Origin: Candidatus Bathyarchaeota archaeon
GTDB taxonomy: Archaea; Thermoproteota; Bathyarchaeia; Bathyarchaeales; Bathycorpusculaceae
Length of the DNA: 64,000 nucleotides
Reading direction: 5' to 3'
NCBI GenBank assembly: GCA_963720565.1
Contig: CAVRFW010000002.1
Coordinates: forward strand, 52,011 to 116,010
This document shows, one piece after another, positions 45,601 to 55,306 of this stretch. Below the pieces are notes generated by a model. That model was not told the origin of the DNA. It did not search any database and saw only the letters and a program-made list of their open reading frames with translations. Each line of letters begins with the position of its first letter. The stretch's first letter is position 1. The translations under genes were made by a program, and so were the position numbers.

Positions 45601-45695
45601 TTCTCCCAGAATATCCGGATTTCCTTTTCCAGTTCAAGCGGTTTGTAATCTCCGAGCAAATTGCTGGCAGAGTTTGGTTCAGATTTGGCAGTCAC
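42651..45695 (-). CDS. ileS: Isoleucine--tRNA ligase (archaeal/eukaryotic type)
   Basis: PHIGH, GWDCQGLPVE, WTTMP, WCISRER, EGIDQTRGW, KMSKS. Confidence 0.96.
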   Translation of the reverse strand: MTAKSEPNSASNLLGDYKPLELEKEIRIFWEKNQIRDKLELLERENKGLLGYVEGPPTLNGIPHIGHARGRVMKDIRYRWKTMQGYYMPFWAGWDCQGLPVELEVEKLLGVKNKRELLERVGQERFIEECKKVIMRYYREWAEADNRLGIFINQKKAYWTYLDDYIEREWQYLKRAWEQDLLEEGHYVVAYCPGCQTSLSSAEVGYEGSYKEVEDPSLYFKFRKADSENEYFLVWTTMPFTIITDTMLAVKPDAEYSKVRVGEEFWIIVRQRVEPVMKELGISKYEIVEAQTGKSLEGTHYDYPLKDMIPKQQELEAMNALVHTVIGEDFVDVNTATGVVHLSPGNGEEDFWAAQRRKVPVFAPFDDEVKFTQDAGLFSGVFARDADYMVVDELRNRNAFVEVKKVKHEYPTCWRSHHKLVWLARKEYFLRTDKINSKVLEAAEKIKYYFDEPKNRFISFLREGKPWCISRERVWGAPLPVWKCEKCGEKKLVASKKELVEEASEPVPENFELHKPWVDRIKLRCSKCGGWMLREDFVLDTWHNSGASPYARFSDREFENFVPVDFLTEGIDQTRGWANSLLLEHVILTGKNEGPYRAFLFQGLTQDARGRKMSKSLGNVLETNKLLDKSSADLSRFYLMRKCSPIDFMNFDMQELNRRPYQVLSTLYHLSRFFLQNAEFDEFSPDRYCFAGNKVLLDRTLIELQPADRWMLSVLQEKIEECTLKLEQCEFNAAVAILENFVIETLSRLYVPMVRKELWTDDPDTLERRHVIYSLLHYTLRTMTLLFNPITPFLSEALHQKVYRELDPKLPESINMESWPVPNEKLRDKDLEAQFEVLLKCVSLVYAARQQAKLKRRWPLANVVVVAPEKTLEAIRNAETLFLEQTNVKAVEYAGKVPDYVGGENWVSAKDDDVFVFVNRQRDETLLGQGIMRDLARRVQALRKELGFVPTEVLDGVHIAELDAESRDLTESYLNEMAGLVRTKKVYLHDDRATVKADWHESELDGKRIYISIH

Positions 45696-45925
45696 GTTGA
45701 ATCCCAGTACATCGCAAATACATCGAGACAGTATATAAAAGCCTTAAGCTTCAAATCATCATAGCATTGATACACATTGGACTTAAATGCCAAACAGATT
45801 AACAAGGTATGCAAACAAGGTATAGCTGACAAACTCAACCATAATTAACATGTAAACATAAAAACAAGTCGAATGAGTCTATGAGGTAATCGTTAACCGG
45901 CAACGACATCGGCAGATGAAAGAAT

Positions 45926-47119
45926 TTGACCAAGATAAGCTTAGGCGTCTTTAACACTCAGCCACCGCACCTGTACTTTGGGGGTGTGGAAAGGCGCATA
46001 TTGGAAACCGCCAAGATACTGCAGGATAACGTAGCCACCACAGTCTACGCTGGTACAAAAGCAGGTTTCAAAAAGCCATTTTCTATGGAAGGAATAACCA
46101 TAGTCCCGTGTTTCTCCACGGACACACTTTTTCCAATGGATAACTGGTTCTTCAACCGGACCCTTTCCGATGCTGCAGGAACGATTGAGGCAGATGTATA
46201 CGAAATGCACACAGTGAGCGGCTACGGCTTCATGAAGACAGCGCGGAGAAGGCACCTCAAGAAAACAATTGTACATACGATCCATGGTGTTCTCGCCGAT
46301 GAATATGCACAATCATTTCAAAGCGGCTCCATGACGCTACGTGCAAGAATCGCTAACCGAATGATGAAACAACTTGCTAAGGTTGAAAAAGAAACCGCCA
46401 TTAACGCCGACTTGACCGTGACTGTAAGTAAATACTCCTCAAGAAAAGCAAGTCAATTCTATGGCATAGATCAGACGAAAACAAGAGTAGTGCCAAACGG
46501 AGTGGACACTAAGAAATTCAAGCCGTTCAACGGCCTAGAAAACATCAAACGCCAAATCGGCATAGAAGGCAAACTCTGCGTGCTTTTCGTGGGCAGACTA
46601 ATACCTCGAAAGGGTCTCCCATACCTGATTGAAGCCGCCAGTTATATTACAAAGCAAATTGATGAAACAGCATTCGTGATTGTCGGAGATGGACCGCTAA
46701 GAAAACATCTCATGAGCTTTGCAGACAGATTGAACCTTTCGGAAAAGTTCGTTTTCCTAGGCGATGTAAACGAAAACGTATTGCCCTCATTGTATAACTG
46801 TGCAGACGTTTTTGTTCTTCCATCAATCCAGGAAGGACAGGGCATAGCGTTGTTGGAGGCACAGGCAACTGCAAAACCTGTTGTCGCATTCAATGTAGGC
46901 GGAGTTCCAGAGGCCATTTTGGAGGGGCAGACCGGATTGCTAACAAAACCAGACAGCCTCGAACTGTCAAACGCGCTTCTGAAGCTTCTGTCTGACCGGT
47001 CTCTAAGAGAGAGAATGGGAGGAAAAGGACGCGAGTTTGTCACAGGTAACTTTTCTTGGGATATTTGCGCCCGAAAAATGCTACAGGTATATCGTGAGGC
47101 AAAGGCTTTAACAGCATGA
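45926..47119 (+). CDS. GT4 family glycosyltransferase
   Basis: GGVE; VPNGVD; FVGRL..RKG; EGQGIALLEA. Confidence 0.92.
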   Translation: MTKISLGVFNTQPPHLYFGGVERRILETAKILQDNVATTVYAGTKAGFKKPFSMEGITIVPCFSTDTLFPMDNWFFNRTLSDAAGTIEADVYEMHTVSGYGFMKTARRRHLKKTIVHTIHGVLADEYAQSFQSGSMTLRARIANRMMKQLAKVEKETAINADLTVTVSKYSSRKASQFYGIDQTKTRVVPNGVDTKKFKPFNGLENIKRQIGIEGKLCVLFVGRLIPRKGLPYLIEAASYITKQIDETAFVIVGDGPLRKHLMSFADRLNLSEKFVFLGDVNENVLPSLYNCADVFVLPSIQEGQGIALLEAQATAKPVVAFNVGGVPEAILEGQTGLLTKPDSLELSNALLKLLSDRSLRERMGGKGREFVTGNFSWDICARKMLQVYREAKALTA

Positions 47120-47638
47120 AACGTTGACTGCCTTCGCTAAGCGTTTCAATTCTTCAGCGCCTATCCATTCAGTCTTAAGGTACTGACAGATTCTCTCATC
47201 GGCGAAGCCAAGGCGCCTTGCTTCTTTAACCGTGTATTGGTAGGCTTCAATTTCTGTTGGTCTATCGACATAATCGTATTGGTCATCGAAAAGCTCCTTT
47301 CCATCCATCAGCTGCCGGACATGGCACAACTCATGGATAAGGTCTAAGTAGATGTCCACCCTGTCTCCGTCATGCAAATAACGTCCTGACACTACCAAGT
47401 GCCCATTGGCGCTGTTGACAAACATGTAACTGCCAAACCACGTTACATCCACCTTGAGGTTACGAAGAACTTCCATGGTTTTCTCTCCAAAGAGGGCTCT
47501 AACCACAGCCACATCTTCGAAGCCCTTGAAGTAATCCGCGAATGCCCGCGTTGAAGCTCCCAAACTGACAAGGGCGTTTAGAGGAAGCCGTCCAAGCAAG
47601 CGTAACGTTCTAAAAACCAATGTTTCCAGTCCAGGCAC
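47108..47638 (-). CDS. Hypothetical HExxH putative zinc metallopeptidase
   Basis: LIHELCHVRQ...PTEIEAY. Confidence 0.65.
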   Translation of the reverse strand: MPGLETLVFRTLRLLGRLPLNALVSLGASTRAFADYFKGFEDVAVVRALFGEKTMEVLRNLKVDVTWFGSYMFVNSANGHLVVSGRYLHDGDRVDIYLDLIHELCHVRQLMDGKELFDDQYDYVDRPTEIEAYQYTVKEARRLGFADERICQYLKTEWIGAEELKRLAKAVNVSCC

Positions 47639-47652
47639 GATAACACCGTCTC

Positions 47653-49017
47653 CTACTCTAAAGGTGAAACTGACTCTATCTTCATGCCAAGCCGAGCCAA
47701 ATCTGAGAGGTCCCCAACTGTGCCCAAACTCGCGTCTATGTTACGATGCTTTGGATGAACCCACATGTCTCCGGGTGAGAGGTTGAATTGCAGAGGAACC
47801 TCTTCTGTAACAGTGTGCCTACCTGCCAAGCACTTAATCATGTCTCCCTTTCTGACAGCTTCATGAAAGGACATGTAGCTTTGAAGCAGCTTCGGTGCGG
47901 AGTAAACTCCGATGCCATGCAATAACACAGCATTCTCAGGTGAGCCCAAGGAATAGATGAAAAACTGAGGCGAAGACGGCGTCTCCTGGAAATCATAATC
48001 AGCTAGTTTCTCGCCTGAAACCGAAAATTCGTCTTCAGCCTGAGCTATGCTAACATCATTAGGGTCAACAGAATTTGGATAAAGTAGGGTATTCTTGTAT
48101 TTGACATCCGCACTCAGCAGTCTTGCACCTTCAAAATGAAGTCTCCCTCTAGCAGCGCGTTTGGAGCCGTAGCCTTTTTTCGAATGAGGAACCGTCAACA
48201 AAGTTGTTCTTTTTGCCATACTCCTTCCCATACACGAGTAGGCTTGGCTTATCGTGTCATAGTCCTTGTGAATTTGACTGATCAAGCAATGCAGCAAGCC
48301 TTCCTTACCTTCTTGCTTCAAAGTCTCAAGGGGCATTCTCAAGGCAGGAAGCAATAGGTCAATGCCGAAAGCTTCCGAGTATTTTCCCAGCTGCTCGTAT
48401 TTTACAGAGTCAATCAAATCCAGATAAGAACCCGTATGGGCTTTGAGATATTCACTTACGAGTTCTGCCTCTTCTCGCGAAACCAGAGTTCCTTCGTACT
48501 TTTTCATGAACTGCGGATCCAAGTCAAGCAAATCTGTTTTGACGTAGGCAACTGAAAACGCACTTTGCCCGCTTTCCACAATTGATTGACGCAGGGGGTT
48601 GAGAGAATACCTGTCCGCTTCTATGTCATCAGTGTTAAGCAAAAAAGCCACAGCAGGTCCCTCAGACGGTTTTTTCAGCAATTCGCAAAGCTGCGATAAA
48701 TCTCGAGCATCGGGCTCATGTAATCCGTAGTCTTTGAAGTAGTTGCTGCAGGTTTCAAGCAGGCGAGCACCGATTATTCCTTGGACTTCCTCCACGGTCA
48801 ACTGTGGATTTGAATACTCGATTGAACCTCTTATGAAGAAGTTATTTCCATCAAAGGTCACGTTTTCTCTCCGACCGGTCTTGAACCTAAAAAAGGAAAG
48901 CGGTTTTCTGCTTCTGTCCTGACCATGGGTTTGAAGTCTAGCAACTAATTCTTTCACACATGACCACGAGGTCTCTAAGAAATCTTGCACGATCGAAAGG
49001 CACAAATCATCTGTCAA
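47653..49017 (-). CDS. 454-aa hypothetical protein, family not recognised
   Basis: Long intact ORF tightly packed in an operon. Confidence 0.75.
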   Translation of the reverse strand: MTDDLCLSIVQDFLETSWSCVKELVARLQTHGQDRSRKPLSFFRFKTGRRENVTFDGNNFFIRGSIEYSNPQLTVEEVQGIIGARLLETCSNYFKDYGLHEPDARDLSQLCELLKKPSEGPAVAFLLNTDDIEADRYSLNPLRQSIVESGQSAFSVAYVKTDLLDLDPQFMKKYEGTLVSREEAELVSEYLKAHTGSYLDLIDSVKYEQLGKYSEAFGIDLLLPALRMPLETLKQEGKEGLLHCLISQIHKDYDTISQAYSCMGRSMAKRTTLLTVPHSKKGYGSKRAARGRLHFEGARLLSADVKYKNTLLYPNSVDPNDVSIAQAEDEFSVSGEKLADYDFQETPSSPQFFIYSLGSPENAVLLHGIGVYSAPKLLQSYMSFHEAVRKGDMIKCLAGRHTVTEEVPLQFNLSPGDMWVHPKHRNIDASLGTVGDLSDLARLGMKIESVSPLE

Positions 49018-49023
49018 ACAGTG

Positions 49024-49865
49024 TCAGCCTCTTTCCAGAGACTCAGGGCTGTATATGCATTTTGCGGTCACTTTCGGACCTAAAAACATTCTTGAAACGT
49101 TGAAATCCTCTTGAAACCCTGAGGCAAAGAGGTGATTTAGAAGCTCAGTTCTCGTTTCTGGGTACACATATAGAGACTTTAAACCCGGGCAATTTGGCCA
49201 GAAGGTTTCCGAGAAGAAGTTTAGCGTCATCAACACCGTTTGCCTTGCACACTAAAGGACCTATCTCTGCCATTCTATCATACAGTTTCGCCGCTGCAAA
49301 ACCTTTGACTTCTTCGTTGTCAATCAAACCATAGCACAGGTTTTTCCCACTGAAAAATATCGACTCCAAGAGCTTTGCTCGATTTGCCCCGAAACATTTG
49401 CTGTCAAAAGCTATTACGACTGGGAACAAACTTTTCCTGAATTCTTTCTAAAGGATTTTTCGGTGTAGGAGAAACCGGTTCTCCTTGCAACACGGAAAAA
49501 TCCTTGTCAAGTTTGAAACCGAAATGCTCGTAGAAAGCGACCAAATGGGTGTAGGCATAGAGTCCTATCGTACCCACTCCTTTACATTTCAGATAGTCTA
49601 AAGCACAGTTCACCAGAAGCCCTCCGGCATTCTTTCTTCTGCAGTCTTCTCTTACGATCAAGTTACCAAGCCAGCCTACTTTCCCGAAACTGACGGTTGT
49701 GGCAATTCCTACACGCTTCGAACCCTGAAGAAGAAGAAAGCATCCCTCAGGCTCAAGAGCCATCGCTAATTCAAAATCCTCAACCGTCATTTTCCAGTTC
49801 ATCGTATTTGAGAGCTGAACGGCGAAAGGAAAATCTTCAGGCGCCATTCTTTCTACACGAAACAT
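49024..49865 (-). CDS. Two-domain GNAT acetyltransferase, YitH-like (two frameshifts)
   Basis: GWLGNLIV..CRRKNAG; FYEHFGF; FDSKCFGANR; EIGPLVC; SLERG end. Confidence 0.82.
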
Positions 49866-50097
49866 GCAAACAGACTCTCATGGTAGAAAATAAGCCTATT
49901 CTGCTTCCAATAAAGAAAAACCGAAACAAATCAAAGTGGCCGTCACATAATTGATTCAAGCTTCCCTCACTTTTGCCCGAACAGAAACAGATGCTGAATG
50001 GGCTTTCATCAGTAACAACATTCAGTACCTGCCATGACATTGAAGAGAAAAAATTTTCGAAAACACTTAACTGGAATTCTGGGGCGATTTGCTGTAG

Positions 50098-51159
50098 CTA
50101 GCTTTTTGCTTTTTCGTAGGCTTGGGCAACACTTTCACTGGTTAAAACACCTACTATCTTGTCAGACGTCTTTCTTTCAGCTACCGGCAGAAGGTCGACG
50201 TGTTCTCGTTTCATTACTTTGTAAGCTTCAAGTATGGATTCATCTTCGAAGACTAGCGGGCGTTTCAAGGGCATCTGTCCAACTGTTAAATTGGTTCTTT
50301 GTTCCGGATTTATTTTCATGATCTCGTCCCATCCTACGATGCCCTGGTAGACGCCGTCTTTTTCAACCAATGCATCGTGATAACGTGCTTTGAACATTAC
50401 TTCCACTGCCTCCGCAAGCGAGGCCTCAGGCCGTACAGCCCCTATTTCTGAGAGCATAACATCTCTTACTCTAACGCCTGCCAGATTAGTTGATACAATG
50501 GTCTGTTCTGCCTCTTCGCTCGCACCTATGTAGATGAAGACGCCTACTAGGATGAGCAAGAAATTGTAGAAAAAGCCGACTATGACCATGCCTATTCCGA
50601 AAATCCTGCCTACATGGGCAGCGTATTTTGTAGCGTCTGAATACTTCATTCTTTCAGCGAGCAAAGCTCGAAAAACTCTGCCGCCATCCATTGGAAAAGC
50701 AGGAATCAGGTTAAATGCTCCCAAAACAAGGTTTAACATTGCCAAATCAAGAATGAGACTTCCAGCTGTAACAAATGAGGGTGCCAAAGTCTCTACGGGT
50801 ACATCCAGAGGAAACAGCCGGCTCAATCCGAAAAGAACACCACCTATTAGAAAACTCACTATCGGACCAGCAAATGCCAATCTCCATTCTATTGCGGGGT
50901 TTTCAGGAACTTCTTCGATTTCTGAAACTCCACCGATCGGGTAGAGAACAATTTTGCGAACTTTGATACCATAGTGTCTCGCGACAACCGAATGTGCCAG
51001 TTCATGAAAAACCACGAAGACGAAGAGGAACAACATCAGTACGAAAAGGTACAGTGCAGGATAATAGAGAACGAAAACCGCAACCATCAGCAGTAGAAAA
51101 GTGACATGCAACTCAACTGGAAATCCCCAAACAGAACCTATTTTGAGAGAATACTTCAT
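50098..51159 (-). CDS. Site-2 (M50) intramembrane metalloprotease with CBS pair
   Basis: HELAH; FNLIPAFPMDGGR; C-terminal CBS domains. Confidence 0.94.
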   Translation of the reverse strand: MKYSLKIGSVWGFPVELHVTFLLLMVAVFVLYYPALYLFVLMLFLFVFVVFHELAHSVVARHYGIKVRKIVLYPIGGVSEIEEVPENPAIEWRLAFAGPIVSFLIGGVLFGLSRLFPLDVPVETLAPSFVTAGSLILDLAMLNLVLGAFNLIPAFPMDGGRVFRALLAERMKYSDATKYAAHVGRIFGIGMVIVGFFYNFLLILVGVFIYIGASEEAEQTIVSTNLAGVRVRDVMLSEIGAVRPEASLAEAVEVMFKARYHDALVEKDGVYQGIVGWDEIMKINPEQRTNLTVGQMPLKRPLVFEDESILEAYKVMKREHVDLLPVAERKTSDKIVGVLTSESVAQAYEKAKS

Positions 51160-51262
51160 ACAAAAACCAAGAAGAAATAGCTACCTTTTAAAGCTTCCAT
51201 ACTAACCAAGAGCGAACCGAAACACCGAAAACTATTAAGTCCTATCTCCCGATGATATAAGA

Positions 51263-53250
51263 CCGTGGATAGTGGGCACACACAGGAAAAAGGAATCGCG
51301 CGTTTTGGTTGAATAAAAGATCTTAAATCCTTCTCTATGTTCTTCAAAGAGGATGTAATTCCGTAAAGTGATGGAATAATCACAGTAGGATTTGTGATTC
51401 TGCCTTATTGAGACTGGATCGAAATGCGTGCTTACTTTCCTCTCCGAAGGCAAAAGAGCCATGGGAATCAAGGTGAACAATAGATGACGGTTGTCAGAAT
51501 TTGCCGGATAAACACTGATAGCACTGGTACGATGAGGAAGCTGAGTACGCGAAGTTTTCGGTTAAAGCATTTGGTTTTGAATAACGAGAATCAGCAGAAG
51601 TTGAGGGGAGAACTTGGACGCAGTATCCGAAGTTAGAAAAAATCTGATGGGCTCTAAAACTAGATGACTTTTGCCAAGAGTCTATTGAAGTCAAGTTTTC
51701 CTGCGATGCGCATTTCCAGATTGAGTGCTCTGGAAGACAGTTTCCTATTGACAAATCTAAATGTAAAATTTCTCCTATACTTCTGGCACCAATCAAACTT
51801 GTAAGACGTATAGCCCCCAAAGAAATTAAGTTCTCTGATGTTCTCCTCGATGCATCTCTCCAAAGTCTTCAAAACCAGCAAATTGCTAGGGCTGCAGGAT
51901 GCATAAGCAGGATCTAAACCGCTCATAAGATAATACAGTACTTTTTCATACTCAAAACCATAAAAGACTGCAATTGGCTTATCATTTACCACTAAAAAAC
52001 GCAACCTAAGGCAATTGATCTCTGAAAAAAGTTTGGCTTCATACATGAACATATCACGTTTCCACTTTTTTCCAAATATGCCAGGTTCACCCCTAGAAAT
52101 CCACCTTTTTTCGTGCATGTCAAAAGAGTTCTGCATCATCTCCTCAAGCGACCCTAGTTCGTAATAGTCTTTAAGCACCACTTTTCCATGTTCCCGTTCA
52201 AGTTTTCTCATACACCTTAGCAGATTCTTCCGAAATTTGACGTGCAAACCTCTAAAAAGCTCATCCAACGAGCCAGGAATCGTCAAGTAAGGAGAAACAT
52301 CTCCTTCTCTTACCTCGAGGTCAGGAATAGAGTGAGAACTCTTTCTGAGCAAATCAACTATCGAGAAAGTCTCTGGAACATCGTTAAAATATAGAAAATC
52401 CCAATCTTTTTGGCCATACAGATGGGCTAGGAACATATTCAAGCATTCAGCCTTTCTTTTTGCCAACAAAATTCCGGGCGCTCTAAAGTAGAGTGACTCT
52501 ATCACACTGTAAATTAAATGTCCCTTGAAGAAATGGTTAGATTTCTTGAGTGGAGCAATCCCCAAAATTTCTTCGCCGTCAGTTGCGCATAAGATTTTGA
52601 GTGTGCTTCCTTGTTCCAGGTACTTGACGCCAGGAGCCATTCTCTCCCAACTTAAGAAAAGTGTGTTGTCGCTACTCTTATTGAGAACTTGGTTCCACTT
52701 GTTTCGCATGTCATAGAATTCGTTAACAGAATTAACTTCATTGACTTTGAAGTTTCAAACTCTCCCAGCAACAATTCCGTTTGAACGACATGAGTGTTTT
52801 CTTAGTCTCTACCTATCCCTCTTGCTGTCCTGTGACGACAATAAACCTTTCGCTTGACTGGAACAAGCGAAACCCCGCAGGGCAAGAGTCGATGCGTGCG
52901 CTCAGTGGTTAGCATGCTTCTCTGATTTTTCTGTATAAGTAGCCATATTCTACTCTGGCTCTTCCGTTGAGAATTGGCTCAACTCTAGGTTCGAAATTAA
53001 TTTTCCAAAATTCACAGCTGTTGCAAGGCGAACCGACAGAGAAGATTTTTTATAACACGGCTTTTCTCAAATCCTGAAATTTCGAGCGCGCGCTTGATTC
53101 TTGTTTGTGGTTGCATGTTTCTTATTCTGTTTCTTCTTTTGTATAGGTGTGCGCTGATCTAAAAAGAGGGGTATTTTATCAGAAAAGGGTGAAGGTGGGG
53201 AAACCGTAGGTTTCCAGCATTTAGTCAGTGTGTGTGCCGTGGATAGTGGG
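51263..53250. mobile_element. Non-autonomous element integrated at the tRNA-Pro 3' end
   Basis: Exact 14-bp direct repeat CCGTGGATAGTGGG at 51263-51276 and 53237-53250; inner ends CACACACA / TGTGTGTG are inverted; no recombinase gene inside. Confidence 0.7.
51660..52709 (-). CDS. CelD/BcsL-like GNAT acetyltransferase (cargo; start may be ~52758 with an indel)
   Basis: LFLSWE; LGIAPL; HEKRW; YLMSGLDP...SPSNLL; YKFDW. Confidence 0.82.
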   Translation of the reverse strand: MRNKWNQVLNKSSDNTLFLSWERMAPGVKYLEQGSTLKILCATDGEEILGIAPLKKSNHFFKGHLIYSVIESLYFRAPGILLAKRKAECLNMFLAHLYGQKDWDFLYFNDVPETFSIVDLLRKSSHSIPDLEVREGDVSPYLTIPGSLDELFRGLHVKFRKNLLRCMRKLEREHGKVVLKDYYELGSLEEMMQNSFDMHEKRWISRGEPGIFGKKWKRDMFMYEAKLFSEINCLRLRFLVVNDKPIAVFYGFEYEKVLYYLMSGLDPAYASCSPSNLLVLKTLERCIEENIRELNFFGGYTSYKFDWCQKYRRNFTFRFVNRKLSSRALNLEMRIAGKLDFNRLLAKVI

Positions 53251-53321
53251 GCTGCCCGGATTTGAACCGGGGTCTATAGCGCCCGAGGCTACAAGCCTGG
53301 ACCAAACTAGCCGACAGCCCC
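53247..53321 (-). tRNA. tRNA-Pro(CGG), no intron, CCA not encoded
   Basis: Acceptor GGGGCTG/CAGCCCC; anticodon arm GTAGC-CTCGGGC-GCTAT; GGTTCAAATCC. Confidence 0.97.
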
Positions 53322-53453
53322 ATACCGTGGTTTCGTGTTTAAGGGTTCTATCTTGAATTGCCAATCACTAAAATAAGCATTATGAATGATATCGACGAGC
53401 ATACAGCTCTATCGGCTTTCTTTGCTTTTTTCCGCCTCTTTGGGTTGGGTCGG

Positions 53454-53906
53454 TTAGAAGTCGGCTGTGAATGTTGTTGCGCCAGCTGGAACATACAGAG
53501 TGTAGTTTTCGCCCGTCACGCCTCCGGGGAATTCCCACGTAATATCGACATTATAAGACTGCCCGCCTACAAGCGTTGCGCTGTATCTTCCCGCGGTGAA
53601 TGGACTACTAGTTTGTACTTTGCCATCCATACTGTTGAAATAGATTGTTCCATCTTGTATGATAGTGATTGTACCAGATACTTGGACTTGCGTGTACTGC
53701 AGGTTGTCGAGTTGGGTTTGAAGATTGGTGACTTGAGCCTGTAGGCTTGTGACTTGATCTTGTAGGTCGCTAATCTGTGTATTCAGCAATGATATTTGCC
53801 TGTCTTTGTTTTGAACTGTACCGTTATAGCTGATTATTGTGCCTACAAAGGCAATCGCAATGATTGCCAACAATACACCCAGTCCTATGACAATTTTGTT
53901 GACCAT
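53454..53906 (-). CDS. Membrane-anchored coiled-coil protein with C-terminal beta domain
   Basis: N-terminal TM; QISDLQDQVTSLQAQVTNLQTQL heptads. Confidence 0.75.
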   Translation of the reverse strand: MVNKIVIGLGVLLAIIAIAFVGTIISYNGTVQNKDRQISLLNTQISDLQDQVTSLQAQVTNLQTQLDNLQYTQVQVSGTITIIQDGTIYFNSMDGKVQTSSPFTAGRYSATLVGGQSYNVDITWEFPGGVTGENYTLYVPAGATTFTADF

Positions 53907-54329
53907 GTCTTTAGTTCCCTTTGCCTTCTGCTCAAGCTATCTTCAACATGCTCAGATTTAAGACTTATTCCTTCAATATGCTGTGCTCGCGTCGAAATAG
54001 GCATTTCTTCACCATTGCGAGAATCTTGTGCAATAGATTGGGTTCAATCTTGCTTCTATTAAGCGAAACAGCAGAAACCCTTTCTTGTGAAGTTAGAAAT
54101 TCTGGGAGGTCACCAGTGGTGAAAAGTCATCTAGAGTTATGGGGTATTACTACTAGAAGAATAGTTCCAGAAATCTTAAAAGCCGTTCTTGGCTACATTG
54201 CAAATTGGAGAAAGCGAGTGTTAACTTTATCCAGAAAAGAAAATGCAAGACGAAAGTGTCACCGAACAGTAGTTTCTCAGGTTTACTCATCACTTGTGTT
54301 GCCTTCACAAAGAAAGGGTGGGTAGAGCA

Positions 54330-54535
54330 ATGTTAGCGAGAAGTAAAGTTTTTCACGTACTCGGTTTGTCCTGTTTAGGCAGTGCTGTCTTCCTCATGAT
54401 TTATGTTTTTTATCATGTTGTGGTGTACGGTGGCATAATTTGCGTAGAACCGAATCTATTCATAGTTGCCGTGAAGTGGGAATGAGTGTTATGGCAGTAG
54501 TGTACTTCGGATACGTCTTCGGCAAAACACTCTGA
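54330..54535 (+). CDS. Small 2-TM membrane protein (frameshift ~54472)
   Basis: MLARSKVFHVLGLSCLG...VEPNLFIVA/EVGMSVMAVVYFGYVFGKTL*. Confidence 0.5.
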
Positions 54536-55306
54536 AGCAGAATTTTCTCATTAACTCTCTGGTTTTGCTACCTGATTGTCAACAAGCGCGCGACTTACGT
54601 AAATGGAGAAAGCTACTTAAGCTTAAGGCTTGATATCGTATTTCCAACAGTGAAGAAGGGCTATGGAGGAGGCGATAAGGTGGCGAGATTGAAATCCACT
54701 TGTTCGAAATGCGGAAGAACCATACTCATTGTTCTTTGATGACGATGAATTTGCCAATGACATTGCAGCACTTGAAAAAAGGCGATTTACTCGAGCATAA
54801 ATGCCCCTCATGTCAGGAGTGGGCAGTATTCGAAATTGAGAAATAGTTAGCTTACTTATTTGACAGCCAACAGAATCTCTCTTTTTTTCTTCACTAAATA
54901 TGAACCACATAGGTACACCATGGCCTTGTCAGCGTGTCAAATACAGTCTTAAAATGATAGCAACAGAATCATGATATTTTGGTGACCAGCAGGCATTCGC
55001 GTCTTTATGCAGCCTTCAAACAGCCGGCAGGTTCTCGTACAATTAAGCAGAAATTGAACCACTAAAAGGTAAAATAAGGCTCATAACTACTTTTAACCGA
55101 TTTCGGAAACAACGTGCGCTAACATTGAATGACAAAACTGAAGTTGCAAAAACAACTTCGACCAAAGACAACGACACAAGAATACAATAGCATGTTGAGG
55201 CAAGCAACATCATCAAGGCGCCAATTTGACAAGTGTTTCTCAGTTTAGGATGAACATCAAATATCCCTAAATCGTTTGGTAGAAGTTGCCAAAAAAAGTG
55301 TGGAAG

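Noticed and set aside
51235..51480. ORF at the element end as an integrase remnant
   Set aside because: No R-H-R-Y catalytic motifs; only a vague FEEHREGFKIF resemblance
54680..54800. Short CxxC ORF after GGAGGAGG
   Set aside because: Only 19 codons unless a frameshift is assumed; single CxxC; insufficient support
55040..55260. Hydrophobic minus-strand frame resembling a signal-peptide remnant
   Set aside because: No clear start or downstream domain
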